Shown here: in pieces, positions 34,172 through 45,245 of the stretch
How the letters are laid out: the number at the start of each line of letters is the position of its first letter
Position numbering within the stretch: the stretch's first letter is position 1
Assembly: GCA_000993405.1 (NCBI GenBank)
Contig: LBWB01000012.1
Span: forward strand, 37,777 to 101,776
Length of the DNA stretch: 64,000 nt
From: Candidatus Woesebacteria bacterium GW2011_GWB1_39_12
Lineage (GTDB): Bacteria > Patescibacteriota > Microgenomatia > UBA8517
Reading direction: 5' to 3'
Translations under genes and position numbers: made by a program
Notes under the pieces: generated by a model
Told to the model about the DNA's origin: nothing
The model's database searches: none
Seen by the model: the letters and a program-made list of their open reading frames with translations, nothing else

Positions 34172-34849
34172 ATGATACAAGATGATGCGACCCGCTGGGA
34201 CTTAATTCACAAAAAGTCTTATAAGACGAGTGAAACCCACTCAAAATATGCTGAAGAGAAAGAAGCATTATTCCCCAGAAACTCACTCGTTGTCGAACTC
34301 GGGGCAGGCAGGGGGGCTGACGCCATATATTTTCTTACCAAGGGTCATAGCGTAATAGCATTGGATATATCCCCTTTCGCCCTGAAGTTACTACAGGAGA
34401 AGGTTAAAGGATTAAATTTGGGAAAAAAGCTTGTCGTTAGGCAGGTTGATTTTGGTTTGCAAGCTATACCTATCAAAGACGACTCAATCGACGTGGTTTA
34501 TTCAAGAATTTCACTAAATTACTTTGGAGCTAAACAAACGACCAAAACATTCAAGGATATTTATAGGATATTAAAGCTAGGAGGTATGGCTTTTATAACT
34601 ATGAAATCACCCGATGACTCCTTGGAAATGCAATATCTGGAAAGAAGTTCAACTTTATACGAACCTAACGTTTTTATTGAGGGTGGTATGCTTAGGAGTA
34701 GATTTACACAAGAGCAGCTCAAAGTCATTTTGAAGGAGGCGGAAATACCTGGTTTTGAACTAGATTCATACCAGGAAGATTTAACTTCTAAGGGAGAAGA
34801 GCACAACAAGACTCTTTTTGTCAACGAGATTAATTTCAAAAAAGTCTAA
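34172..34849 (+). CDS. class I SAM-dependent methyltransferase
   Basis: Motif I VVELGAGRGADAIYF and motif post-I VIALDIS. The start is chosen at MIQDD to avoid overlap with the previous gene. Confidence 0.65.
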   Translation: MIQDDATRWDLIHKKSYKTSETHSKYAEEKEALFPRNSLVVELGAGRGADAIYFLTKGHSVIALDISPFALKLLQEKVKGLNLGKKLVVRQVDFGLQAIPIKDDSIDVVYSRISLNYFGAKQTTKTFKDIYRILKLGGMAFITMKSPDDSLEMQYLERSSTLYEPNVFIEGGMLRSRFTQEQLKVILKEAEIPGFELDSYQEDLTSKGEEHNKTLFVNEINFKKV

Positions 34850-34871
34850 GAGTGTCTGAAGAGTCCTTTAG

Positions 34872-35168
34872 TCAACTAAAAAGCCCTATTATAGGGCCCA
34901 AAGGAATTAAAAATAAAAACCTGATATTTATGAGTGCTAGGATAACAAAGATTAAAGAAGTGAAGCTGCCGAATAGGACCCAAACCCAGGCCTTATTATA
35001 CCAGGTTGCAACTTCTTCATTGGGTCTTTCAAGTTTAGGTTTTTTTAATTCACGAACGTTGACGACGCTTAAGATGGTGGAAGGAGTGTCTTTTCCTTTT
35101 TGTTCGGAAAAGGTACTCTCTTTTTCCATTTGGTTGGATGTTATTCCTGTTCCCGGAATGTGAGTCAT
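34872..35168 (-). CDS. small membrane protein (hypothetical); the coding strand is ambiguous (a + strand ORF at 34852..35163 also exists)
   Basis: A C-terminal TM helix on the minus-strand ORF. Neither ORF has motifs. Confidence 0.25.
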   Translation of the reverse strand: MTHIPGTGITSNQMEKESTFSEQKGKDTPSTILSVVNVRELKKPKLERPNEEVATWYNKAWVWVLFGSFTSLIFVILALINIRFLFLIPLGPIIGLFS

Positions 35169-35551
35169 TTGATTTAGTATAACACTATGGTTGCGTTTAC
35201 GAATTCTGTGGTGTATAAATGTAAATGTACCGCTATTACTTATGCTCGACTATTTTATTAAGACTAAATCATACTTGGCTGGTTTAAAGCTCTGAGGCGA
35301 CGTTTTGTAAGGGGTGCGGTGGAGGTTGAAGCAATTGATAGAGCAGTAAGACGAACGAAAATAAAAAGGGAAAAATTAGGAGGTATTTATAAATATAAAA
35401 TTCAAGGGACAGATGGAAATTGGTTTGAGCCTGAGGAGAGAATTTGGGTTGTTGCAATGTATGCGCTTTGGCAAGACTCAAAGTGAACTGCTTCTTGTAA
35501 ATCTTCGATACTTTATTCTACTATATATTTAAAGATTTAAGGCTTAATCTG

Positions 35552-35992
35552 ATGTTAACAAAACTCAAATTTTTTACATACGCTTTCACTAAGTTTCGAA
35601 AGAAAAGTTGGAGACAGAAATTATTGTATTTTTACATCACTGGGCTTATCCTGGGAATAGTAATTCTAGCTCTATATGCCTTTATTCCATCCTTAATTTT
35701 TTGCACTCCAATTTTCGGCCAACAAGTTTGTACACCGGCAGGAATATTATTAGCCTTGGTTTTGTCTCTCCCTGGGTATTTGATTGCAGGTAATTTATTG
35801 CAATTTCTGCCTGAATTGGCATGGGGCATATCGCTTGTGGTAATAATCGTAGTTTCGGCAGCTTTTTATTATCTCTCGGGATGGTTAATTGACCAAAAGC
35901 TCGAAAAGAAATTGTCGACATCAACCTTCAGTAAATATTTAATACTTTTTGTTTTTGCCGTATTGGTTCTGATATTAATTTCATTGATTTAA
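35552..35992 (+). CDS. hypothetical membrane protein (4 TM)
   Basis: 146 aa and hydrophobic. Confidence 0.45.
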   Translation: MLTKLKFFTYAFTKFRKKSWRQKLLYFYITGLILGIVILALYAFIPSLIFCTPIFGQQVCTPAGILLALVLSLPGYLIAGNLLQFLPELAWGISLVVIIVVSAAFYYLSGWLIDQKLEKKLSTSTFSKYLILFVFAVLVLILISLI

Positions 35993-37863
35993 TGAAACGT
36001 CTTCTTAGATATTTTTTAGCTTTTGCGGCCCTTTTTTATTTTTTGAAAACTCCGGGAATTGCAAATGCCCAAGGGAAATACGAGATAAGAAGTATTGAAA
36101 GCGAGATAACTCTTGAAAAAGATACGACTTTGGCAGTTAAAGAGACGATAATAATAAACTTTCCTGAATTCCGTCACGGCATTTTTAGAATAATTCCTGT
36201 TGTTTATTCTTACAAAGGTAAAACCATAAAAGCCGACTTTAAATTATTAAGCGTCAAAGACGAGAACGGAAATTCTTACAAATATGAAAAAAGTAGACTT
36301 GGTCAGAGTATACAGTTAAAAATTGGTGATCCTGATGTGGTAATTGATGGGGTTCATACTTATGTTTTGACATACAAAATTGATGACATTCTGCAAAGAT
36401 ACGATACTTATGATGAAATCTATTGGAATATAACAGGACACGAGTGGGATACAGATATAAATAATGCTTTCGCTAAAGTTGTTTCGCCTCACGCAAAAAT
36501 AGAAAAAGTTGATTGTTTTGCCGGAATTTTCGGATCGACTGAAAAATTATGTAATTCTGCTTTTTCAGAAAATAATGCAGACTTTTATTCAACGACGGTT
36601 CTTGGAGATGGCCGTGATTTTACCGTCGTTATCGCTTTGAATAAAGAAAGCGATCTTATCTTTCCCGGAAAAGTCCAAAATGCTCTTGATTTTATTCTTG
36701 ATAACTGGGGCTATTTAGTTTCGATTCTTCCTTTTATGGCCATGGCCTACTTTTGGTTTAAGAAAGGAAGAGACAAAAAATATTTAGGAGATAATATCTA
36801 TTATGCAACTGACAAGAAAAAGGTAATAGACAGACCGTTATTTGCAAGGGAACACTTACCGCTGGTTTATTCTCCGATTCAAGGCTTTTCACCTTCAGAA
36901 ATTGGAACCGTAGTCGATGAGAAAGTGGATATTCACGATATCGTTGCCGAAATTACTGAGCTTGCGCGATTAGGTTTTCTTAAAATTGAAAAAATAGAAA
37001 AAAAGAAACTATTGGGAAGCGAGACGGACTTTGCCTTTGTCAAACTTGATAAAGATACCAAGGATTTAGCTGAATACCAAACATACTTATTAGAAAAATT
37101 ATTTGATAAAGATATGGTGGCAAAATCTTTGAAAGCGGTTGAAAGTTTTTATAGTAATAATGAAAATAAGTTAAAGGATACGTTAAAATTAATTAGCGAA
37201 GATAATTATGTGCTTCTTTCATCTTTAAAAAATAACTTCTATAAACATTTGGAGGATTTTAGGAAAAAATTATACGACTCGCTTGATATTGAAGGTGTTT
37301 TCGACGGAAAGCCGGATAAAGTAAAACAAAAATGGATAGGAGTATTTGTAATTCTGGAATTCATCTCTGGTTTTGTTGTTGTTAATTTCGCAAACGCAAC
37401 AGCTAATTTCTTTCCCTTAATAGTATTAGCAATTCTTTCCGTACCTTCAATATTATTCACTATATCGATGCCGAGAAGAACTGCTAAAGGCTTTTCTTTA
37501 TATAGACAAATAAAGGGACTGGCATTTTATCTAGGAAAAGGAAAATGGCGGGAAGAAATTGCTGAAAAGCACTTGTTTTTCGGGGAAATGTTACCTCTGG
37601 CGATAGCACTCGGAGTTGTTGATAAGTTGGCAAAAGAGATGGAAGTTCTGGGAATTCCTGCACCAAACTATTTTGGAGGAGTAGCTACGGGGGCAATTTA
37701 CCACGATTTAACAAAGTTTGAGTCAAGCGCATCCAGCACTTTTATGTCTTCGCCTGGCGGTAAGTTTTCAGGCTCATCATCATGGAGCGGCGGCTCGGGT
37801 TTCAGCGGAGGTGGTGGCTTCTCCGGCGGGGGATTTGGTGGAGGTGGAGGAGGAAGCTGGTAA
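35992..37863 (+). CDS. DUF2207-like membrane protein with a Gly-rich C-terminal tail
   Basis: Signal peptide, a large extracellular N-terminal domain, TM helices, and a C-terminal GGSGFSGGGGFSGGGFGGGGGGSW. Confidence 0.55.
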   Translation: MKRLLRYFLAFAALFYFLKTPGIANAQGKYEIRSIESEITLEKDTTLAVKETIIINFPEFRHGIFRIIPVVYSYKGKTIKADFKLLSVKDENGNSYKYEKSRLGQSIQLKIGDPDVVIDGVHTYVLTYKIDDILQRYDTYDEIYWNITGHEWDTDINNAFAKVVSPHAKIEKVDCFAGIFGSTEKLCNSAFSENNADFYSTTVLGDGRDFTVVIALNKESDLIFPGKVQNALDFILDNWGYLVSILPFMAMAYFWFKKGRDKKYLGDNIYYATDKKKVIDRPLFAREHLPLVYSPIQGFSPSEIGTVVDEKVDIHDIVAEITELARLGFLKIEKIEKKKLLGSETDFAFVKLDKDTKDLAEYQTYLLEKLFDKDMVAKSLKAVESFYSNNENKLKDTLKLISEDNYVLLSSLKNNFYKHLEDFRKKLYDSLDIEGVFDGKPDKVKQKWIGVFVILEFISGFVVVNFANATANFFPLIVLAILSVPSILFTISMPRRTAKGFSLYRQIKGLAFYLGKGKWREEIAEKHLFFGEMLPLAIALGVVDKLAKEMEVLGIPAPNYFGGVATGAIYHDLTKFESSASSTFMSSPGGKFSGSSSWSGGSGFSGGGGFSGGGFGGGGGGSW

Positions 37864-37902
37864 TCTCACAAGGAGTATCCTTGTAGAAATAAATTATTTA
37901 TA

Positions 37903-39714
37903 TTAAAGAAGATTATTGATGAGGATCTCAATTTGTTTTTGGAGGTAAAGTGAAACATTATCGCTTATAAATTGAGGAGTTGCAAATCTAACCTTTTGAA
38001 GTGCTAACTCCATTAGGATTTTTGACGAAATTCCTTGTCCTTTATCATTATTCTTTTGCGAATTTTCGATAAGCTGATGGATAGAGGTGTATAAACCATG
38101 ATTACTTATATATCCATCTTTGTATATGTCATCAAAGAATGAAAGTACAGATTCAAAATTTACTTCGGATACAATTATATTATTTAGGTCTTCGTTATCA
38201 AAATAGATTTCGAGAAGGTCAGATGATTCATCAGTCGTTGATCCAAAATAACTTCCAATTTTGATCTCGCCATTATTGTTGAAAAAATAGTAATCAAGTT
38301 GATACACTCCGTCTCCATAAATTTCAACTTCGTAATTTCCAATATCCGGTTTTGGATAATAGAAAGCATTGAGAGTCTCAACTCCACTATCTAAATCTGG
38401 ATTATCAGGATCCATCATTGGACCCTCTTTGAAGTAAAATTCATCGCCAACTATTACGCCAGATTCGCTACTAACTTTTATATCAAAATCTTCATTGACA
38501 AAAAGAACTATATATGAAAGATCAGTATTTGAGGGCCTAAATCTTCCAAGCTTTAGAGTGTTTCCCCAATAAGAATTCGCTTGAGCAAGAGTTATTTTAG
38601 TTGTGGCTGGATCGTTAATATTAATATCACTATTACTATAACCTTTAGCTACAACAAAATGATTACCGCCGTAAGCATCATTCTCGAGCTTTAATACTGA
38701 AGGTCTATTTAGGTCAATTTCGCTTTTAGCTAAACTTTCGGAATAATTTAAGTATGAAAATTCAAGTTTTGGAGTATCAGGATCTAATGAAGAATACCTG
38801 GATACAGTCGGCCAAAGAATCGCACCATTTCTTGCGTAACCGTTATTGTTTTTTAGCCAGTTATTAAGTAATTCAGGAGTAGTGTTGTTTCCATGAAAAT
38901 TAAGCACCATCGCAGCTGAAGTCATGGCACAACCCCATCGGGATATTTTTGGATTACTAGGTGACCAATTAGAGGCATTGTCATATTCTTGCGGCCCCCA
39001 AGGAGGTGAATATTGCTTAATATCAGGAACGTTTAGCAAAGTTTCCGGTTCATCTAAAGATTTTACAACCACATTGTCAAACCAAACCTCCGAAGTGGGT
39101 GTTCCACCCGCACTCGCAACAAGAGCAATATTAGAATTCTCGAAAAAAGGAGAATTTTCGCTAATTGTTTCCAAAACGCCATCATTTATATAAATTTTGT
39201 ATTCGTTTGTACTGTTTAATATTTCAACCTTTATTTTATAAGTTATATTATTTTGAAAAGGATACACCATAATCCATCCGGTAGGAAAATGTTGAATCCC
39301 GCTTACGACTTTTTCAAAGTAAATCGTTTGTCCGTAGAAGTGTAAATCATACCAGTTTGTTAAATTTTTAATTTTGAAGGAAAAATTTCTATCCATATAA
39401 ATATCGGGGGTCATTGTAATTTCAACTTCTACTGCATAATCGGTATTAATTGGGATGTTTAAATTCTGAGGTATGTTAAATGTGTTACAACCTCCACCGT
39501 TAATGATTATTCCATACTTACCATTTTGAAAAGTCCATTCAGCTGGAGAGTTATTGAATTTGCAAGTATTTCGTATAACAGTCCAGCCATTTATATTGCC
39601 ATGTTCAAAATCATCTTGAAATAAAATTGTTTGGGATTTAATTACTATTGGATGGACTAACGGTAGTAATGAGAAGATTAAAAAAATAATACTAGAATAG
39701 AGAATTTTTTTCAT
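37903..39714 (-). CDS. secreted protein with an N-terminal LamG/concanavalin-like region and a C39-like (Peptidase_C39_2/papain-fold) domain
   Basis: Signal peptide, FQDDFEHGNINGWT, and the candidate Cys nucleophile region SRWGCAMTSAAMVLNFHG ... GGNHFVVAKGY. Confidence 0.5.
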   Translation of the reverse strand: MKKILYSSIIFLIFSLLPLVHPIVIKSQTILFQDDFEHGNINGWTVIRNTCKFNNSPAEWTFQNGKYGIIINGGGCNTFNIPQNLNIPINTDYAVEVEITMTPDIYMDRNFSFKIKNLTNWYDLHFYGQTIYFEKVVSGIQHFPTGWIMVYPFQNNITYKIKVEILNSTNEYKIYINDGVLETISENSPFFENSNIALVASAGGTPTSEVWFDNVVVKSLDEPETLLNVPDIKQYSPPWGPQEYDNASNWSPSNPKISRWGCAMTSAAMVLNFHGNNTTPELLNNWLKNNNGYARNGAILWPTVSRYSSLDPDTPKLEFSYLNYSESLAKSEIDLNRPSVLKLENDAYGGNHFVVAKGYSNSDININDPATTKITLAQANSYWGNTLKLGRFRPSNTDLSYIVLFVNEDFDIKVSSESGVIVGDEFYFKEGPMMDPDNPDLDSGVETLNAFYYPKPDIGNYEVEIYGDGVYQLDYYFFNNNGEIKIGSYFGSTTDESSDLLEIYFDNEDLNNIIVSEVNFESVLSFFDDIYKDGYISNHGLYTSIHQLIENSQKNNDKGQGISSKILMELALQKVRFATPQFISDNVSLYLQKQIEILINNLL

Positions 39715-39780
39715 TACACTTATTTCATTTAATAGTCATATATGTTGTTTGTCAATATATATAACTGATACACTTCGAGT

Positions 39781-40512
39781 ATGAAGAAATTATACGAAAG
39801 ATATCACAGCGATAGAAAATCTCAGAGGAGAATAATTGGTGAAAACGATTTTACTTATCGATCTATGATTTATTTCATTAGAAAATATGTACATTTAAAA
39901 GATAAAGTTTTAGATATTGGATGCGGGGTCGGTACAATAGACTTCTATTTAGCCAAACGCGGGTGCAACATTGTTGGCGTTGACATTTCACGACAAGCTA
40001 TATTAGCCGCAATGAAAGACTCCAAAAACTTCAAATTAAATCAACATATCAAGTTTATAGTAAAAGATTTTACAAAGGTAGTTATAAATGAAAAATTTAA
40101 TGTTGTTATTTGTTCTGAGGTGCTTGAACATCTTAAACAGGATAAGCTTGCTGTAGAAAAGATCATAGATCTACTTATAAAAGGTGGTGTGGTGATTGCA
40201 TCATCACCATCCAAGAGGGCACCTCTTTACAAAATAGGAGTGTTAAATAAGTTTGATCTAAAGGTTGGACATGTTAGAAGATATACAGAAGCGAGTTTTA
40301 AAAAGTTATTTGAAAGAGCTGGATTTAAAGTCTTGGAGGTTAACAAGACAGAAGGCGTTTTTAGAAACTTTCTCTTTGTTAGCTCTGTTGGTGGGATTTT
40401 GCTTCGGGTACTCAATAAGTGGCCAGTTTCAGAAGTAGTAACTTTTTTAGATAATATGACCGTTCCGTTTTTTGGAGAATCTAATATTTATTTAGTTGCT
40501 GAAAAGAAATGA
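39781..40512 (+). CDS. class I SAM-dependent methyltransferase
   Basis: VLDIGCGVGTIDFYLAKRGCNIVGVDIS (motifs I and post-I). Confidence 0.7.
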   Translation: MKKLYERYHSDRKSQRRIIGENDFTYRSMIYFIRKYVHLKDKVLDIGCGVGTIDFYLAKRGCNIVGVDISRQAILAAMKDSKNFKLNQHIKFIVKDFTKVVINEKFNVVICSEVLEHLKQDKLAVEKIIDLLIKGGVVIASSPSKRAPLYKIGVLNKFDLKVGHVRRYTEASFKKLFERAGFKVLEVNKTEGVFRNFLFVSSVGGILLRVLNKWPVSEVVTFLDNMTVPFFGESNIYLVAEKK

Positions 40513-41513
40513 AAGTACTTTTTTTAACACGTTTGTACTGGCCGCATGTTGGGGGAGTAGAAAAACATGTGAGGGAAGTAAGTGTAAGAGTAAAAGATAA
40601 AGGAAACGAGATAACAGTCATTACTGAGAAATACGATAAGAAATTAAAAGATGAAGAGATTAAAGATGGGATAAAAATACTTAGAATTGATTATCCGAAA
40701 ATTAAATATTTAGGAATATTTTATATATGGTTTTGGTTAATTAGGAATATAAATTTAATCAAAGAAAGTGATATTGTACACGTACACGATGTATTTATTT
40801 GGTATTGGCCGTTTAAACTTCTTTTACCAAGGAAAAAAGTTTATCTAACCTTTCATGGAAGGTGGGGGATTTATCCTATTCCCTGGGTTGATATCTTGCA
40901 AAAAAGAATTGGTGCGAAATATTCGAACGGATTAATATGCATCGGCGATTATATTCCCAAAAGCTACGGGATCAAATCGGATGTTATAGCCTACGGAGCA
41001 ACCGAAATTCCGAGACATATACCAAAAAAAGACAATAATTTAGTGATTTATGTTGGGAGACTTGATAAGGACATAGCTCTTGAAAAGATTCTGAAAGTTA
41101 TAAAGGAAATAAAAAAAGATAAACAAATTATTATTTGCGGGGATGGAGAACTTGCAAGTCGGGCAAATTTATATGGAGAAGTTAAAGGTTTCGTTGATCC
41201 TTTATTGTATTTCCAAAAAACCAGATATTGTTTTGCTTCTGGATATCTAACAATTCTCGAAGCACTCGCAAATAAATGTTTAGTTTTTGTTTCTTATGAT
41301 AATACACTTCAAAAAGATTATTACGAACTGACTCTCTTCAGTAAGTATATCGTTTCATCAAAAAGCTCAAGTGATCTTTATAAAAAATTCAAATACTACG
41401 AGAAGAATGATAAAGAGGCAGAAAAATTAATAATAGGAGGTTATAATTGGGTTAGAACTCAAACATGGGAAAATATGCTTGCGAAATACTTCAAACTTTG
41501 GGATATAAAGTAA
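40509..41513 (+). CDS. glycosyltransferase, GT4-like (GT-B fold)
   Basis: N-terminal WPHVGGVEKHV, C-terminal E...E pattern, and genomic context. Confidence 0.6.
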   Translation: MKVLFLTRLYWPHVGGVEKHVREVSVRVKDKGNEITVITEKYDKKLKDEEIKDGIKILRIDYPKIKYLGIFYIWFWLIRNINLIKESDIVHVHDVFIWYWPFKLLLPRKKVYLTFHGRWGIYPIPWVDILQKRIGAKYSNGLICIGDYIPKSYGIKSDVIAYGATEIPRHIPKKDNNLVIYVGRLDKDIALEKILKVIKEIKKDKQIIICGDGELASRANLYGEVKGFVDPLLYFQKTRYCFASGYLTILEALANKCLVFVSYDNTLQKDYYELTLFSKYIVSSKSSSDLYKKFKYYEKNDKEAEKLIIGGYNWVRTQTWENMLAKYFKLWDIK

Positions 41514-41538
41514 AAATAGTTCCAAATTTATTACAAAA

Positions 41539-42513
41539 ATGAAAGTTTCGGTTTGTATCACAGTTTTTAATGAGGAAAAAAGTATAAGTAAGCTTCTTAG
41601 TAGCCTCTTGGGACAATCAAGGATACCTGACGAAATTGTTATCGTGGATGGGGGATCGAGTGATAAAACAGTTGATATTATTCGGCATTGGCAAAAAAGG
41701 AATAATAAAATTAAGTTTCTTGTTGAAAAATGTAGTCGTGCTAAAGGCAGAAACTTAGCTGTAGAACTTTCCAAAAGCGATATTATAGCCATGACAGACG
41801 CTGGTTGCATTCCAAAAAGAGATTGGCTTAAAAACATAGTAGAACCTCTAAAGCAGAAAGAAATAGATATTGTTGCGGGGTTTTACGAAATGACAGATAT
41901 TACAGGGTCGTACCCTGTAAAAACAAGGGTACGACCCTTGCAAAAGTCATTTTCAGTATTTTTAGGAATACATCCTGAGGATTTTAACATTAATTTTTTA
42001 CCTTCAACTCGTTCAATCGCTTTTAGAAGGAGAGCCTGGGAGAAAATAGGCGGTTTTCCTGAGAAATTAATAGACACAGCTGAAGACACTGTGTTTAACT
42101 ATAGAGCGATTAAAGAGGGACTTAGTTTTGCACGTGTGAAAAATGCTAGGGTAGAGTGGAAAATGCCGACAGATTTCTCCGAAGGCATCAGAAAAATCTT
42201 CTACTATGCTAAAGGTGATGCAAAAAGTGGGATATGGTTTTATCCTTTAAAAGGTCTTGTGTCGCACAATATAAAGGCATTATCTATTTTTATTCGCTAT
42301 CTAATTGGGTTTTTCCTTCTTGTTTTGGGATTCACTAAACCTATGATGCTTCTTGTACTTTTCTTACTTTTGATACTTTGTTCATTCTGGTCTTTCCGTA
42401 AAGTCTATATTAAAGTAGGAGATTTGAGAGCAGGATTGTGGGGAGTTGTTGTACAATTTGCATCGGACTTTGCAGTTATGTCAGGCTTTTTATCAGGAGT
42501 TTTAGGGAGATAG
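41539..42513 (+). CDS. glycosyltransferase family 2 with a C-terminal TM region
   Basis: VCITVFNEE...IVIVDGGSSD...DAG (DxD region), GT-A fold. Confidence 0.7.
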   Translation: MKVSVCITVFNEEKSISKLLSSLLGQSRIPDEIVIVDGGSSDKTVDIIRHWQKRNNKIKFLVEKCSRAKGRNLAVELSKSDIIAMTDAGCIPKRDWLKNIVEPLKQKEIDIVAGFYEMTDITGSYPVKTRVRPLQKSFSVFLGIHPEDFNINFLPSTRSIAFRRRAWEKIGGFPEKLIDTAEDTVFNYRAIKEGLSFARVKNARVEWKMPTDFSEGIRKIFYYAKGDAKSGIWFYPLKGLVSHNIKALSIFIRYLIGFFLLVLGFTKPMMLLVLFLLLILCSFWSFRKVYIKVGDLRAGLWGVVVQFASDFAVMSGFLSGVLGR

Positions 42514-42523
42514 TATAGGATTT

Positions 42524-43747
42524 ATGGGCTATTTTAAAGATTATATTAAAGGGTTGTCGTGGATAGGCGGTCTGAGATTTTTTACTCGAATAATCGCTTA
42601 TTTGAAGACGATTATTTTGGCAAGAATATTAGTACCCGAGCAGTTCGGAATATTTGGTATTGCATCACTGATACTTGCTTTTTTGGAAACTTTAACTGAA
42701 ACGGGAATAAATGTATTTTTTATTCAGGGCGAAGGAAAAATAAAAAAATATGTAAACTCGGCTTGGATTGTTTCGCTTGTCAGAGGTTTAGCCATATCGC
42801 TTCTTATATTACTATCTTCTTCGTATATAGCGAATTTCTTCAACTCTCCTGAGTCCTTAAATATTATAAGGTTAATTGCCCTGGTGCCGTTAATACGAGG
42901 CTTTATAAACCCTGCGATAGTTATTTTGAAAAAAGATCTTTTATTTAAAAAAGAGTTTATTTTCCGAACTTCGGTATTTTTGATTGAAGGCATTGTTGTA
43001 ATCTTTTTGGCGCTGACTTTAAAAAGCGCGTACAGCTTGGTATACGGAATGATAGTAGGTGCCTTTTTGGAAGTTATACTTTCATTTATATTTATAAAAC
43101 CCTTACCCAAGTTTTCAATAGAAAAAGAAGAAGTCAAAAAGATAATAGGCAGAGGAAAGTGGGTTACTTTGGCGCAATTTTCAAATCTGGCGTTTAAAGA
43201 AGGAGACGACGTTTTTGTAGGTAGACTGTTAGGCACTTATGCACTTGGAATTTATCAGATGGCTTATAAATTAGCTACGTTGCCTTTAACCGAGGTAGGA
43301 GAAGTCGTTAGCGAAGTGACATTTCCGGTTTATTCTAAAATTTCCGGAGACATTAAAAGACTAAAGAAGGCGTATTTTAAGGTGGTGGCAAGTGTAATTG
43401 TGCTTATTCTTCCAATAGGAGTCATCCTATTTTTTTATCCCACACAAATTGTATTAGTACTATTAGGAGAAAAATGGATTGGAGTTGCAAATATACTTAA
43501 AACTTTATCTTTGTTTGGAGTATTAAGGGCAGTAGATTACACCAGTCTTTCTTTATTTTTGTCAATAAAAAAACAGGAATATGTTGCAGTTAAAAATACA
43601 GTAAGTTTTTTAATTATGATTGTTTTAATTATTCCACTTATTTTTAAATATGGACTTGTGGGTGCGGCTTATTCCGCTTTTGCCGGCTTATTATTTTCCC
43701 TGCCATTTACGGTCTACTTCCTATTTAAAGTTTTTAAATCCAAATAA
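42524..43747 (+). CDS. polysaccharide flippase (Wzx / MOP-superfamily oligosaccharide transporter)
   Basis: 12-14 TM helices, typical length, and glycan-cluster context. Confidence 0.6.
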   Translation: MGYFKDYIKGLSWIGGLRFFTRIIAYLKTIILARILVPEQFGIFGIASLILAFLETLTETGINVFFIQGEGKIKKYVNSAWIVSLVRGLAISLLILLSSSYIANFFNSPESLNIIRLIALVPLIRGFINPAIVILKKDLLFKKEFIFRTSVFLIEGIVVIFLALTLKSAYSLVYGMIVGAFLEVILSFIFIKPLPKFSIEKEEVKKIIGRGKWVTLAQFSNLAFKEGDDVFVGRLLGTYALGIYQMAYKLATLPLTEVGEVVSEVTFPVYSKISGDIKRLKKAYFKVVASVIVLILPIGVILFFYPTQIVLVLLGEKWIGVANILKTLSLFGVLRAVDYTSLSLFLSIKKQEYVAVKNTVSFLIMIVLIIPLIFKYGLVGAAYSAFAGLLFSLPFTVYFLFKVFKSK

Positions 43748-43769
43748 CTTTATATTGCATAAAATATTT

Positions 43770-45230
43770 ATGCTAAGAAAAGTAATAGCAAAAAAAACGC
43801 TAATTTTATTTATCCTTGCTATAGGAACTTTTTTAAGATTTTATAGGATTCAGGAAAACCTTGTGTTTAATGGAGAGGTTGGACTGGATTATCTAAAAAT
43901 AAAAGACTTTGTGGAAAGCGGCAAACTTCCTCTTTTTGGCCCTCAAACATCACATCCTTGGTTTTCAATTGCACCTCTTTTTTATTGGATCTTTATGTTA
44001 ATTTTGCCATTTGGCAAGTTTCAACCTGTAGTGGGTGCATACTTTTTTGCAGGAATTGGAGTTCTGGGAATACTAATCTGTTATAAAACATTATCAAAAC
44101 TCTTGGATAGAAAAGCAGGTCTAATAACTTCATATTTAATGGCAATATCTCCTTCATGGCTTTCTTATACCCGTGCTTCAAGGTACAACTTTGTTGCGAC
44201 AATTCTTTTTTTCCCTTTTATATATTTTTTAGTCAAATCGTTTGAAGATAAAGGTAAAAGTCTTTTGGGTTTAGGTCTTACGTTAGGGTTAATGTTTAAT
44301 TTTTTTCCAAGTCCTTTTGTTCTAATACCAGTTGCTTTATTGATTATTTTTCAGAAAAGAAAAATGATTAAGAGAAAATATTTTTGGCATGGTCTTGGAG
44401 CGTTTTTATTAATCAATACCCCCTATATTATCGGAATAATCGAAGATAGATTCGTAATGCTTATGAAAATTATTCAGTGGATTCCTTATCGCATCTTAGG
44501 TTTTTTTGGTTTGTACTCGAAAAATACACTAACCTCTGCCATTTTAAAAGCAAACTTTTTTTCTTTATATGATTTTTTTAAAGAAAGTTTTATTGTTAAT
44601 GACTATCTATTTTCTATTCTTTTGTTTATATACGTAATACTATTTTTGTTTTTAAAATTTACACAAAAGAAAGATAAGGAAAAACCATTTTGGAGAATCC
44701 TGATAATCACATTTACTCTTGGTTATTTGGGATTATTCTTGCACGGAGATCCTCCCAAACATTACTATTTTGTTATATTTCCTGTTCCAATAATTGTACT
44801 GGGATCATTATTTGCTGATATAGCCAAAAGTAAGGCGGGAATGATAATTAGTGCGGTTATTTTATTGTTTATAACATATAAAAACTTTAATTATTTCTTT
44901 TCTGATAAATGGTTTTATATTCCCCAGGACAGAGTACAAGACGGTAAGTTGCCAGTTCCTTATAATCTTCAAGTTAAAATCGTTGATTTTATTAAAAACG
45001 ATGCTAAAGGTAAAATGCTTAGTCTGAAAAGGGTCGGAGAACTTGATCATTTTAATAGTGATTTTGCGCAAAATTATCTATATTTATTAGAGCTCGAAGA
45101 GATTAAAACCGTTTCTGATTCAAATCTTGTTTATACTATATTTGAGGATATAGAAAAAATTCCAAGTGATACCGAAGGCGATATTACTTGGATTAGTAAT
45201 ATCGCAGTTTTGAGAGAAATTAGCTATTAG
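43770..45230 (+). CDS. GT39/ArnT-like (PMT-type) membrane glycosyltransferase
   Basis: Polytopic membrane protein of ~487 aa, with an N-terminal loop containing a DxxK/ExD-like region (FYRIQENLVFNGEVGLDYLK). It resembles dolichyl-/undecaprenyl-phosphate sugar transferases. The ATG at 43770 is preferred. Confidence 0.45.
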   Translation: MLRKVIAKKTLILFILAIGTFLRFYRIQENLVFNGEVGLDYLKIKDFVESGKLPLFGPQTSHPWFSIAPLFYWIFMLILPFGKFQPVVGAYFFAGIGVLGILICYKTLSKLLDRKAGLITSYLMAISPSWLSYTRASRYNFVATILFFPFIYFLVKSFEDKGKSLLGLGLTLGLMFNFFPSPFVLIPVALLIIFQKRKMIKRKYFWHGLGAFLLINTPYIIGIIEDRFVMLMKIIQWIPYRILGFFGLYSKNTLTSAILKANFFSLYDFFKESFIVNDYLFSILLFIYVILFLFLKFTQKKDKEKPFWRILIITFTLGYLGLFLHGDPPKHYYFVIFPVPIIVLGSLFADIAKSKAGMIISAVILLFITYKNFNYFFSDKWFYIPQDRVQDGKLPVPYNLQVKIVDFIKNDAKGKMLSLKRVGELDHFNSDFAQNYLYLLELEEIKTVSDSNLVYTIFEDIEKIPSDTEGDITWISNIAVLREISY

Positions 45231-45245
45231 TGTAAAAAAATAGTA

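Noticed and set aside
37718-37906. + strand ORF overlapping the Gly-rich tail of the DUF2207 protein
   Set aside because: It is an alternative frame of the GGN-repeat region with no independent support.
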